64,000 bases of DNA from Cyanophora paradoxa CCMP329 (lineage: Eukaryota > Plantae > Glaucophyta): NCBI GenBank assembly GCA_004431415.1, contig QPMI01000594.1:1-64000 (forward strand). The letters run 5' to 3'. Under the pieces are notes generated by a model. It had not been told where the DNA came from. It saw only the letters and a list, made by a program, of their open reading frames with translations, and searched no databases. The translations under genes were made by a program, and so were the position numbers. Below are positions 26,701 to 38,900 of the stretch, one piece after another (the first letter of the stretch is position 1; the number at the start of each line of letters is the position of its first letter).

Positions 26701-29700
26701 CTCTTCGCCTTCTCAGCGACGCGTTCACCACTGTCACTCGTGCGCTCCTACACGGTTCTAAACGTTGCGATTGACGCGTGCACGCGCAGCGGAGGACGTT
26801 CTGAGCGCGTTGGAGGAGGCGGTGGTTGTGCTGGCGCCGACGACCACGGGCGACGTGATTCTCGGGGAGCAGCTCTCGGTCGCGTGGGCCACGATGGGGC
26901 TGCCGCCCGAGCAGAGCGTCAGCTTGAGCCTCGTGGACACTTCGACTGATGCCGAGTTTGCAGTGCGTGCTTCTTGATCGGAGGTCGATTTCCAGCGTTC
27001 GAATTCTCTAATTTGGTCACGTGCACAATCGGGTTCGACAGATTGCGAGCCTGTCGACTTCGACCGCGCAGGGGTTCGCCAAATGGCAGGCGGAGGGAAT
27101 CCCGCCGGGGAGCTACGCGCTTCGCATTTCCGTGGAGGCAGCGAATAAGACCTACTCGGCCACCAGCGCTGGCATTGCCCTGAAGCGTGAGCTCAAGCTC
27201 TAGATCTGCGATCCGTTAGCGATAAATGCGTTATTTGAACATGTAATTTATACATCCGCGCTCGTGTCGCAGCGTACGCGGTCTCGGTGCTCGGTCCGAG
27301 CGCGAGCGAGAGCTGGTTCACGGGCGAGGAACGCGCGTTGACAGTGCAAACCACGGATCCGCGCTCTATCTCGTCATTCGCCACCATATCTCTTCTCAGC
27401 TACCCGGACATGACACTCATTAGAGTAATCGCCTGTTTGAATTATTTTAGATTCTAAATCCGTCGTGAGCTTAAGCTTTGTGGCAGACGATCGCGCCTGC
27501 TGTCCCGCTGGCCCCGACAACGTTGCGGCGGCACCTGTCTGCAGCGGCGGGCGACTTTGCTTGGAATATCAGTTCTTATATCGAGCCCGGAACCTACGTT
27601 CTTCAGGTCGCTCTCTCTCTTCAATCGAAATGAAAACGAAATTCAACCTTGGGCCGACTTCGCGCATGCGCAGGCCGATGTTCCAGCCGACGTTGCTGGG
27701 GGACTTTCCAGCCCCTTCTGTATTGGCGGCTCCTGCAAGCGTGCGAACAACCCGAATCAAAATCGCTTTATTGTGCTTAGTTATATAACTGATCGGTTCG
27801 CTTGCAATTGGATGCGCAGCTGGCTTCGCATTCGAGTCTCCTTCTGCAGATGTACGCGTCACTTAGTTACTCAATTCATGATTAACGAAACTTAGTTTTG
27901 CTTTGTTTCGCAGACGCTGTCGCGCCTGGTCGTCGGAATGCCCTTCGCTCTGGAGTGGTCGAGCACGGGCATCGACGCCTCCTCCATGGTGCAGATCACC
28001 ATCGTCAACATCGCCACCGGCGCGCGCTCTCCGGTGCGTGGATTTGTTATTCTTTCCACGGTAGATTCGCTCTCAACGCAATTCGATTTCACTTGGTTCG
28101 CCAGATTGCCGTGCGGAAGAACACGGGCTCGTTCGCCTTCATCCCTTCGGCGGCGGTCGGGACGGGCGCGTTCTTCTTTGAGCTGAGCGCGAGCCTCGAC
28201 GGCCGCACCGTCAGCTCCGCCAGCCCCAACGTGCTCCTCGAGACGCCGCCGGCCTACCTGCTCCTCCGCATCCCCGACGGGCGCACGGCCTACGCCACGG
28301 GCGACTCGATGCCGATCCGGTGGGACTCGGGCAACCTCGCGTCCCGCACCGTCGCGCTGCGCCTCGTTCGGAGCGACGGGACCGTCGTGGTGCGCGGCGC
28401 GGATCAAATCGAATGGGATCGCGAAGTGTGAGCGGATCGAGGTTTTCCATGTCGGCTGACGTCACGCAGGTCATTGCCGAGAACGCTGCGAACACGGGCA
28501 CCTACGCGTACACGATCGGAGCTGGCGTCAAGTCCGGAGACTACGCCGTCGAGGTGAAAAAGAAGCCCTTCGAAACGAAACTCAGCTTTGCGACGCGTTT
28601 CGCAGGTCGGAGTCGCGAATTGGCGAGTCAGCGGTCGTGGAAAGGTTTTCACGATTACCGCCGCGACGGCATCCGTGTCAGTGCTTCCCGTGCCCACATC
28701 TCTGCTTCCGGGACAGCAGTACACGTGCGTGCACAAATTGCAGACCGCTCGCAAAGCATCCGAGAAAAGTGAGCGCCGCCGCAGGATCCGGTGGGCGGCC
28801 GTCGGTCTGGCGGAGGACGCGGCGTCGAAACTGTCAGTAGTTCTGTTGCCTGCAGGCGCCTCCACTGCACAAGCTTCGGCAACAGTTGTTCAGCAGCTGT
28901 CCGTGGGCAGCGGAATGCGTTTGATGGACTGGACAGTCGCTGGCAGTGCGCATGCGCCCGCAATTCCTCATGATCATGAACACTACAAACCAGTCGAATT
29001 AAAATCTCGCCCCCAGCTTCAGGTAGCAGCTACCGCATCGATGTCGAGATGAACGGCGTGGTGGGATCCAGCAACGCCTTCTCCGTCCTGCCGCGTGCGC
29101 TTGCTTTAATTTAAGCTTTAATCTATTGCAATGGCGTTTCTGACGCATGCGCGCGCACTGCGCAGCGCCCGCGAATCCCGATCCCTGCCTTGGAAGACGG
29201 CCAACTGCCATGGCCTCCGTCTTTGAGACCGCTACGTCTGGTTCCGGACCTGCCATCGGTATGCCTAGATCTGTCGTTTTTAATCCCGAGGGGACGGCGC
29301 ACTACTAGTACTACTAACCCAGTGACAGCGTCGTCGAATGGAGTGTACGCCGTCGAGGCCGGCCGCCCGGCTGTCGTTCTCAGCGCCGAAGGGAGCGCGG
29401 CGTGCGACGGCGCGCCCGCCTCGTCCTTCTCGTGGCTCGAAGTCGGCTCGCCCGATCCGAAGCGACCCGCGCTCCTTTCATCCTCGGGCGCGCTGAAAAC
29501 GACCGTCCAGAGGCTGCGCGTTGGGACGACCACGTGCGTTTCAACTGCAGTCTATAGCTACACGCTACAATGTAAATCTGATAAAATATTTAATTTCTCT
29601 CGTGCAGGATTCAGCTCAGCGTGCGGGACCGACTCGGCCAAGAATCCCGCACCACCGTCGCAATCAAAGTGACGAACCGAAAGAGTGAGCGTGAAAAAAA

Positions 29701-32700
29701 GAAGTGTTGCTGTTGCATAGTCCGCGAATGCGTGTTTTGACCTGCGAATATCGCGGCAGTCGTCACCGTCGTCGTTTGCCTGGACGCGAGTGCGGAGAGC
29801 TTCGCGGCGACCTTCAACGAAACGACCGTCCTCCCGCCGCTCGCGGCCGCTCTCAGCGAGTTCCTCCAGCGGCCCCTCCCCGTCGCCTCCTTCGCGCAGC
29901 TCCGCGCCGTCCTCTGCCCCGAGGGCGGCTCCGCCGCCGTCTCCGCACAGGTCCCCGCCGTCGTCGGCCGCACCGGATCGGAGATCGCCGCAGAGCTGTC
30001 GAGGATGGCCCCGTCCGACTTCCCCAACGGCGCCCTACAAATCGGCGGCGCGCGGCGGCGCCTGTTCGCCGCCAGCGCTGGCAGCGTTCCCGTCACAAGG
30101 CTCTTCGTCTCTGCGACGCCCTCCACCCGTGCGGCCGCGGGCCCCGCGCGCACGCGTCGACGTTGCTCGCGCTCGCCTGATCGCGGATCTCTAAATCTGC
30201 AGTGAACGCACCGCCGTCGACCCCTCAGCTCGCGATCATCCCTGCATCCCGTTACTTTTACATTGTTGTGAATCCACAGACGAAGGTTCTTGCTATGCGG
30301 GGTTTTCGTTCTTCGTGATGTGTCATCTGGCGGCGCAGCTCGGTGCGGTGCAAATCGTCGCGTCGGCTTCAGACACGGCGCCCGGCGTCCTCGCTTCATG
30401 GGAGTGGTGCGCGCCAGGTTTCGGAGCGAATCTTAAACTTGCTTGCCTTCATTTATTACTTCTTTCATTCGGTGCATTGATATCTGGTTTTCGCAGGTAC
30501 GTCGAAGGCCAGCAGCAAGCTTCGACAGGCGACAGCCTCTCTCTGAGCCTGAAGGTCGGGACGTACCGCGTTCACGCCGTCGGTCCGTTCTTTTGAAGAG
30601 CGCCCGTCATTCCGCGCCCTTCGCTGCTAACTTCTGTTCGCAGCGCTCGACGACGAGAACCTCGACAGCATGTCGGAGCCGCTCACTCTCTTTGTCGTCG
30701 AGTGCGCGAAATATTAATCTCTATGCAACTGGGAAAGATCTGACGCTATCGTAAATATCACAGCGAGTACTCGTGCAACGTGGGGAAGGCAAGCGATGCT
30801 CAATTTGCATTGCGATTAGCCTGCATGAACCTAATCGCAACCTGCTTCGCGCAGGACTTGGTGCTCGTGCTGGACGCTGCGACGTCGGCCGCCTCCCAGA
30901 CCCTCGTCAACGATTTCCTCCTGAAATTCCTCCGGCCGTTCTGGATCCAGGGCCCCGACTCCTTCGTCTCCGTCGTCCGCTACAGCCTCCCGCCCTCGGG
31001 CAACGCCAGCGTCGCTCTGCCCAAGTCGGAAGTCAAGGCCGCCTACGACGCGCTGGCGTCCCGCGCGATCGACGGCAGCGTGAACCCGTCCACGCCGCGG
31101 CTGATGGCGCGCGGCGTGGACGCCGGGCGCGCGGCCGCCGAGTCAATGGCGCGCAAGGGCGTCGTCCGCAGCATCGTGCTCGTCGCGTTCGACGAGCCGC
31201 TGGACGGGCGGGAGGCGCTCAACGCATCGGCGCCCGCGCGGCTGCGCAGCAACCTGTACGCGGTCCCCGCGATCGCCGACGCCTACGCGTTCGAGTCGGG
31301 GTTCGACCTCTTCCGAAACATCGTCACTCAGGCAAGCGCAAGCTTTCAAACAACTCTTTAATTTAATTAAGCTGACGTCGACTGCGCTTGCGCGCGTGCG
31401 CAGCCCAACACGACGAACGTGCTGCCGGTCACGCTGGAGCTGCAGGAGGAGGTGCAGCGCGCCGCTATCAACTTGGCCAAGGCCGTCTGCGAGGGTATGT
31501 GCACGTCTTGTGTGACAGACAGCGATCGAAGATCCCAGAATTTGATTTGGGTGCTCTCAATTGCAGGCCAGGCTCCTCCCGGGGCTGACGACTTCGACGT
31601 CGGAAAATCCATCGGGCAGGCAATCACCGTGGCGGTCGCGGCCGCGATCGGCGTGAGCGCGGCAGGAGCCCTCGGCGGCTCAGGTCTGCTTTTTGTCGCG
31701 TTCTCGCCGTTGCGCTCACGTATTCACAACCGCGCACAGTTGGTGCGTCGATGGGAGGAGGAGCCGGCGCCTCGGCCGGCGCTGGTGGCGGCGCGTTCGG
31801 CATCATCTCCCAAGCTCAGTTCATCAGCGAGACGTCGTTCCTCAGCATGAACCTGCCGGGGACCTACAACTCCACCTCGACGTCGACGCAGTGGACCATG
31901 CTCTACTTTGGGTCCCCGGGCTGGCGCGGCGGAGGCGGCGGCGGCGGTGGCGGCCCCAACTCTGCCACCACGGGCTCCAGCACGAGGGGCCGACGCCTCC
32001 TCGGGCTCAACGCGTTCACGCGCGAGATGGGAGGAGAGATCGCGAGCCCGTTCCTCGAGGAGAGCATCTTCTACTCCGGCGTCCTAATCGTCGGCGTGAC
32101 GGTCATCGAGATTATCGTAACGCTGCTCGCCACGCGCGTCTTTCACGTGAAGGAGACGCCCAAGCTCTTCTGGTTCCCGAAGCCGCAAGTCGCCGTTATC
32201 ATCGTGGCCTACGAGGTGCTTGCATCTTAAATTAAACAAACTCCTGATGATTCGACTAAATAAAGCAACTGTTTCGCAGGGCTTTGTGCTGGCGAGCGCT
32301 GCGACGGCCCGCTTGACCGATACGTTCTGGCGGACGGTGGGCGCCATCCTCTTGGTCCGGCGATTTCTTTGAGCTCCCTTACGCCTCACGTTTCTCTTTT
32401 CTCACCCACCCTCTGCGATTTCGTACTCAGACGGGCATCGCTGGCACGTTCTTCGTCTTTGCGGTGCTTGTCGTCGTGTATCGTCTCAAGCGAAGCCACA
32501 TCGAATGGTGGGCTGGCCTTGCCCTGAAGGACTATGTCGCAATTGACTCTGCGCGCAGGGTGCCGCTCGAGAAGCCGGACTGGCGGCAGCTGTGGGCGAT
32601 GAGCGGCGAGGACGACTTGGAGCGCCCGGGCGCCTTCAAGGACGAGCTCAACCAGATAAAGCACGCGTGCGCGCGCGCTGAGTTACCTAGGCATTCCGTT

Positions 32701-35053
32701 TAAGCTCTAACTTCGAAGAGGCTGACTCGAGCGCGGGCATCGCATCTCGCATGCGCAGGCAAGAGGAGCTGCACCGAAAGAGAAACGAGGCAGAGCTCCT
32801 GGAAGATGCGGAGAGCAACGCCAAGCAAGTCAGATCGCGCGGCCCCGAGCTGGCGCAGGCAAAGCTGCCCCACACGGACGCGGGCAAGCAACCGCACAGC
32901 CTAGGTGCCGGCCGGCCGCACGCAAACCTGGAGCTCTTCGAGGCAAAGCCGATGGACGAGTACAGCCGGACGAAGCGCTGGGCCGGGGCGCGCTGGGCCG
33001 CCGCGAAGGATGCCTGGCGGACGGGCCGGAAGAACTTCGCGAGATCAGTGCACCGCCGCCGCCTCAGCCTCCTTTGGCGGTGGTGCGTGCGCGCCAAGGG
33101 ACGGGCTGACCGCACTTGAAAATGTGAAAAACGTCAACTGACGTCCGTTTATCTTCGAAGGATCAACTGGGAGCGCGGAGTGTGGATCGTGAACCCGAAC
33201 CGCTCCGACAGGCCGCGCACCTTTTGGTCCTGTGCGCTGCTTCATTTTGTAAATGCTTTCGAAATGCCTTCGTTCCCTGAGACCATTCGACTCTTATGTA
33301 AATGTCCTCAGCGCGAAACTTCCGCTGGTGAATTCCTCTATTATAATATATATAATTCCTGTGACCTTCTCCTCTCTGACATCTCGCGCGCTCGCGCGCT
33401 CCCTCCAAGGACCTTCGACGTGTTCTTCGAGCCGTTCCGGGGCGACAATTTCGGGCAGTGGTTCGGGGTGCGATCGCGACGACCGTGAATGCGCTTCGAG
33501 TCTCCGTTCGCGTGCTAAATTAAACTTGCGATCAGATTTGGGACATTTTCCGAAAGCTCGCGTCCGGCCTGGTCGTTGGTGGGTCCTTTGTTTTCATTCT
33601 TATGATTGTTCTTCTATTCGATCTGCGATTTTTGATGCGATCTCTTTGAAGGCCTCGTCAACGACCCCAGCCCGGACCCGGCCCTCGGCCCGGCGCTCTT
33701 CTTTACAGTCCTCCAGGTCCGCACCCGCCTGTTATCCAAGATCAAGTCGTACGCGTGGAACTCAAAGTTAACGTTAATGGCTTAATTCGCAGCTCGGGCT
33801 CTTGATCGGCATCATAGGCTTCGAGCTTTTCTACGTTATCGCAGCCTGGCCTTTCCGGTGTGTGATCATGCATATGACTGATTTGGATGAAGAACTTCCT
33901 GAAACAAGCAATGACGTCGACGTCTGTTCGCAGCGAGAACATTGAGAACTACCTCCAGATCCTCCTCGATTCTCTGCAGGTATCACCCTATATATATGTC
34001 ATATTTTGCGCAATCGCTGGTTTTTCGAACTTGCGCATGCGATCGACGTCGACCGTCGCAGATCACCGTCTTGAGCCTTCTCTTGGTGGTGCGCTCGCCC
34101 GATCGAGAGCGAGCGGTCGAGATCGCCGGCCGCGGCGCCGGCCTCACGCGCACGCGCCGCACCCCGCGCACTGCGCATGCGCAGGTCGGTATCCACCCCC
34201 AGGCGCCCGACGTCGAGCGGCTGGCCCTCGCCGCCTCCTTGATCCAGGTCCGAGAAACACAATCCCATATAATTAGTTCCTTTCTCTATACCGCCTTTCT
34301 CTTTCCTGCCACCTTTAATTTTGGGCTGGTCTTTCCATTCCGTCGGGCCTGACCTTCGCGATCGGCGCCCGGCAGATCGTGGCGATAATGGTGATCTTCG
34401 TCAACCAGATACGCGCCGAGCGCGACATGTTCCTACGCTTCGGCTCCCGGGCGCGTCGCCCTTTCCCATTATTTCCTTGATTCGAGATGGCAATTTGCTT
34501 ATTCGGTCGCTCAGGTGAAGCTCGTCTCGCGGGCCGCGTACCGCCGCGCCGTCCTCGCCGCCCGCGGCCAGGCGGCCCTCGGGAAGTTCGCGCCGTCTTC
34601 TCGCGACGGCGAGCTCGAGCTCGAGAGCGGTGGGACCAAGCCGCGGGCGGGGGCGGACCTGGGCGCCGAAGTACAGCCGAACCTCCTCCACATCCTCTTC
34701 AGCGCAGGAGTGCGTTCTATCCGCTTCTTCATCGATCTAATTCTCTGAAATCTAAAATCTGAATTCTAACGAAACGCGCCTGCTAGAACGAGGAAGACGA
34801 GCTCCAGGAGCTGGCAAGGCAACGGATGCGAGGCGGCGCTGCAGCCGCAGCCGCGGCCGAACGGGGGTCTGCGTCTGCGCCGGCGCGCGGAGCAACGCGG
34901 CCAATCGGACCCCAAAACCCATCGCTAGCCGCGCCACCGCCGCTGGCGTCTGTCCCATCGCTCCCGGGCGCTCGGCACGCAGGAACACGCACCGACGCCG
35001 AGGCCAGCAGATCTAGAAGGCCAAGGGACAGCCCCATCACCGTCTTTTTGTGA
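2753..35053 (+). CDS. Giant intron-rich polycystin-like cell-surface membrane protein (FN3-REJ-FN3 array-Kelch-Ig-vWA-TRP-like TM); 5' end not identified
   Basis: The splice junctions I checked join in frame (e.g. ...PNDVA|TGRPDAP across 7017-7092; RAAQK|VASF; CNVGK|DLVLV; last exon NEEDELQEL...SPITVFL* ending at 35053); not every junction was checked. All domain motifs lie on the + strand. The first recognisable exon follows a cgcgcag acceptor at 2752. Confidence 0.8.
3320..5880 (+). other. REJ/PKD domain region of the giant gene
   Basis: PLVVTIPKGDR...LVLACNASDPD, ISWSC, YEWS...VTPGAVYRATVTA...VGSPP...LAVAPTNGTAM...TLFRLTALDW...PLEYSFYY resemble the REJ (PF02010) consensus. Confidence 0.75.
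7093..19817 (+). other. Giant intron-free exon segment encoding an array of fibronectin type III-like domains
   Basis: Repeated LYRDG/LYRNG...DxGLxPGTxYxY motifs; acceptor ttccacag at 7092; open throughout except for a 1-nt C deletion at 9340-9342. Confidence 0.85.
7396..19817 (+). repeat. In-frame tandem duplication A-B-A'-B-A', period 5457 bp (1819 codons)
   Basis: A 7396-8904, B 8905-12851, A' 12852-14360, B 14361-18308, A' 18309-19817; ORF-track entries recur at +5456/+5457. Confidence 0.95.
24990..26200 (+). other. Kelch repeat (beta-propeller) region of the giant gene
   Basis: AFGG...YSTADGAWT...PPPRSSAA; GG...ALSDVWLFDVATSEW...PLARYGAAA...AYIFGG. Confidence 0.8.
26310..29100 (+). other. 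Tandem Kre9/Knh1-like Ig-fold repeats
   Basis: Repeated P....G..hxhxW..G.....VxLxL...GxYxhxV pattern, e.g. PDGRTAYATGDSMPIRWDSGNLASRTVALRL...NTGTYAYTI...SGDYAVEV. Confidence 0.55.
30855..31331 (+). other. von Willebrand factor A domain with degenerate MIDAS
   Basis: CNVGK|DLVLVLDAATS...VSVVRYS...SIVLVAFD; DAATS in place of DxSxS. Confidence 0.65.
31600..34430 (+). other. C-terminal multi-pass TM domain resembling the Flc/Pkd2-type TRP-like family (PF06011-like)
   Basis: AITVAVAAAIGVSAAG; FGIISQAQFISETSFLSMNLPGTY...QWTML; FDVFFEPFR...WFG; WDIFRKL; WPFR; ENYLQILL, plus several hydrophobic helices. Confidence 0.65.
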
Positions 35054-35949
35054 ATTAGAACTTTTTTTTTTTGGAAGAAGAGCAAACAGCCATATATATA
35101 CATTATACATTAATTAGAAGCGCAGAGTAGGTTTCCACGTAGCTCAGAATTTATAATTGAGGAAGCTTCGTTTGAGCTTCCAGCCTGGCAGAAGACTCTG
35201 AGACGCTTGGTGTGAAGGCCGCTGTCAGTCGATTATATTCTTGGATGATCTCGCAGCACTAATTATAATCTCTTGCTTCTATTTTATTTTCTGCTCCAGC
35301 TTCTACTTTGCTTTCTCTATATTCTACTTAACTTTCTCTGTCCCTGTTGTGGATTTACTACGGGACTTACTAGCGAACGCGTACGCGGTCAGCTCGTGCG
35401 GTCAGCAAGTTTAAAAATGAGCGAAGTGATCATGATCATGAACAAAGTGCCGCCGTGTGGTCAGCTCGTCATGCGCATATCCTTGCCATGATGCGCGTGC
35501 ACACGTGCCGCCCGGCGGCCGCATGGGGGCGTCGAGCAGGGGGCATCGATCGTCGGACGCCATGCATAGGGTAAACGTATCATGAGTACGTGCACTAAAA
35601 CTAGTACCAGTGCCTCCGCGGCCGACCAATTCCGACGGTCGCGAGATCTACTACAAGCTTAAGGCTAGCTATAGGCTAATTATAAATTCAGAAACGCCGC
35701 GCACCAGCGTTAGCCTGCGCGGCCGCGCGCGGGATCTAGATCTACATCTAGATCGATATTTCTGAGTCTCTCAGAACTAGTACTAGTCTTGCCAAGTCTT
35801 GCTATCAGCGCCAGCGGCCGGCGCGCGCCGGGCCTGGGCCCTAGCCTGGCGCGCAGTTGCAATCGGCCGGTTCAGTTGCGACGAGCACCTGCGGAGGGGG
35901 AGAGAGCTGGGGTGGGGTACGCGTGCCAGCAGTTCGAACGCAGTGCACG

Positions 35950-38900
35950 ATGCCGGAGGCGCCGGCCGCCGTATGGTGAGGGCGCAGCGATCTGCGAGCT
36001 TTTTGGATCCTATAGCGCCCGCTTACGCGTGGCGCAGGCGATCCGCGCCAAAGGCTGCGGTCCTGCAGCCGCCACCCGAGGAGCAGCGCGCTCCCGCTCC
36101 CCAGTCGAAGCTATGGCGCGAACTGAAGGCGGCTGAAGAGCTCCGCCGCCGGCAGAAGGCGGATGAGACGCGCATCAAGCTGGAGGTCGGCAACCCGGGG
36201 CAGGCCCCGGGACTTCGGAGCAGGCGCGCTGATCCGCCGCGCAGGCCCTGGAGCACGTGGAGGACGTCGCTCGGCAGAAGCGGATCGCCTCCATCCAACG
36301 CCGCAAACAGGAGCTTGAGGAGAGCGAGCGGCGGCCGGCCGCCTCGTCCCGGGCGCGGCTGCCGACGAGGCAGGCCCGGGCCGGACGCTCGGGCGAGCGC
36401 CCTTCGTCCGCTCCCGCGCAGCGCTTCACGGGAGAAAGCGTCCCGTCCGCCGGGCGCCCTCCGCGCCAGGCAGAGCTGCTGGCCTTGGCGCGCCTCTCGC
36501 GCGAGCGGCCGGCGGACGAGCAGCAGCAACCCGCCGAGCGATCGCCCAGCCCGCCGGCCCGCGGCAGCTCCAGCGACGACAATGACGACGGCGAGGCGGG
36601 CGCTCTGTTCCGCCCGCTCGGCTTCGGCGCGCCCCGCAGCGCGGCCCGGCCGGCCGCAGCGCATCAGCCGCCTCCGCCGCATCTGCAGCCTGCGAAGGAG
36701 CCGAAGCCGGTGGTGCTCTCGCCTGCAGAGGAGGCGGTGGTGCGGGGCCCCGCGCCGCGGCCGCCGCCGCGAGACCCGCCCAAGCCCAAGGAAGCGCCCG
36801 CGCGGAGCAAGAGCCCCCCGGGCGGCACGCAGCGAACCAGGGGCGGCTTCCGCAGCCCTCCTCCGGCGGAGGCGGCGCCCGCGGCGGACGCGGCAGCGGC
36901 GGCGAAGCGGAGGCAGGGCGAGCCGGCGGGCGCCGGACCGGAGGAGAGGTCAGCGAGCCCGCCCAAGCAGCAGGGGCCGTGGCCGGGCGGCAGGGACCCA
37001 GAGGAGGTTCGGCGCATCCTTGAGCGGCAGCGCCGGGAGCGGCGGGAGCGGCTGCAGAAGGAGAAGGAGCGGGAGGAGGCCGCCGCCAAGCAGCGCCACG
37101 ACGCGCTCAAGCGGTGCGGGGGGTACGCCTGCGCGCCGCGCTCGCCTGAACCCCCTCCGCAGGATCCAATCGGAGGCCAAATCTGCGTTCCAGAAGGCTG
37201 GGCGGAGGCCGTTTCCCCGTACCCCCTCCATGCTCCTCTCCCGGGGGCGGTCCCTTCCGGACCTTAGCGGCAGCGAGGCGCCCGCCGCAGGCCCGTCGGA
37301 GCCCGCCGGAGGGGCCGGGCAGCGGCGGTACCCGGGTCCGGGGGACGCGCCGGCCTCGCCGCCGGGCCGCACGCGCTCCGCTTCGCCTGCCGCCGTCGCC
37401 CCCTCGCCCGGCCGAGGCCCTTCCGTTTCATGGGCCCCGCCCGCCTCCCCCTCCCGCCCGCCTCTCCACCCCCGAAGACGAGCCGTACCCGCCCTCGCCG
37501 CCCCGGGCGCGGGCCCCGCCCACAGCGGCGCCCGCCGTCGATCCCGAAACCATCGCGCGCATCGCGGCGCGCGAGGCGGCGGAGCGCGTGCGATCCACGC
37601 TCATCTCGCAGCTCCAGGCGCGCCCGTCCCGCCCGGCCCCTGGCGTCCCGCCGTCCTGAGCGCGCGCGCCCCGCAGACCCTCGCGACGGAGCCTACCGGG
37701 GAGGGGTACCGGTCCGGCGGCGAGGACCGCGCCCCCGCGCACCAACCGGGCTCGCCGGGCCGCGGCCCCGCCCCGCCGCCTCCCCCCCCCCCTCGGACGA
37801 CGCGCTCCGGCGACAAGTCCGCACTACCCCCCTTTCTTCGCCCCCACCCCCCCTTTCGCATCCGAATCGCCGTACCCAGGTCCGGGTCGAGGCCCTGGTG
37901 GAGGCGACCGCGCGGCTCTCGGAGCGTCTCGCGCGCCTTGCCGCCACGCGCTCCGCCGTACCCCTCCCGCCCACCGGTGCCCCGGCCCGCCCGCCGGACC
38001 GCCGGCCCGCCCCCGCCCCCGCTCTGCCGGTCCCTCTGAGGCATGGCTCGCAGCGCCGGCGGGGAGTCTCCCGCCCGCCTGGGCGGCACCGGACGCGCTG
38101 GAGTCCTTCGGGACGATGCGGGCGGGGTCGCCCGAGCCGCCCGGCATCGCCCGGCTGCGCGAGGCGGCGGCCGCCGGGCTGCTCCGCGACTGGGACGACG
38201 AGGAGGAGGACGAGGAGGCGGCGGCGGGAGGGGCCGGGCCGCCCCCGGGTACAGGGAATCTCTACGAGGCGGCCAAGGCGCGGGCCGAGGCCGAGGCGCG
38301 GGAGCGCGCCCGGGCCGAGGAGGCCGCCCGGCGGGCCGCCGCGGCTTCCCTGGGGGGCGATTCGGAGGATGGGTACGGGGACGACACGTTCGAGGAGGAG
38401 GAGGCGGCGGCCGCGGCGGCTGCGGCGGCGGCGGCGGACGGCCCGCGGCGGGGCGCGCCGGGGCCTTCGGACAGCGTGGTGGCTTCGGAGTCCGGCCTCT
38501 GGGGGGCCAGCGCGTCGGCGTCGGTCGCCAGCCCGGCGCCCAGGGGCCGGCGCCCCGCCGACCTCGCCGTGGCGCCCTCGCCGGCGCCGGACGGCGGCCC
38601 GGCCTCCTCCGTCGCCGAGTCCGCCGAGTGGTCCTCCGTCGCCTCGCCCGCGGCCAAGGCCCCGCGGACCGCGCCCCGTCCCGCCCCGGCCCCGGCCCCG
38701 GCCCCGACCCGGCCGCTCCCGCTTCGATTCGGCGCCCCCCCGCCCCCGTCGAGAGCAGGCGAGCCCTCTACCCCTCCCCTCTCAAGCCCCTTCCACCCCT
38801 CATTTTTCGCCGCAGCGAGTCCAGCGTGGCAAGCGAGGTGGCCGAAGAGGCCCTCGGCGGCTCCATCGACGAGGCGGAGCAGGTACCCCCGGCTTCTTCC

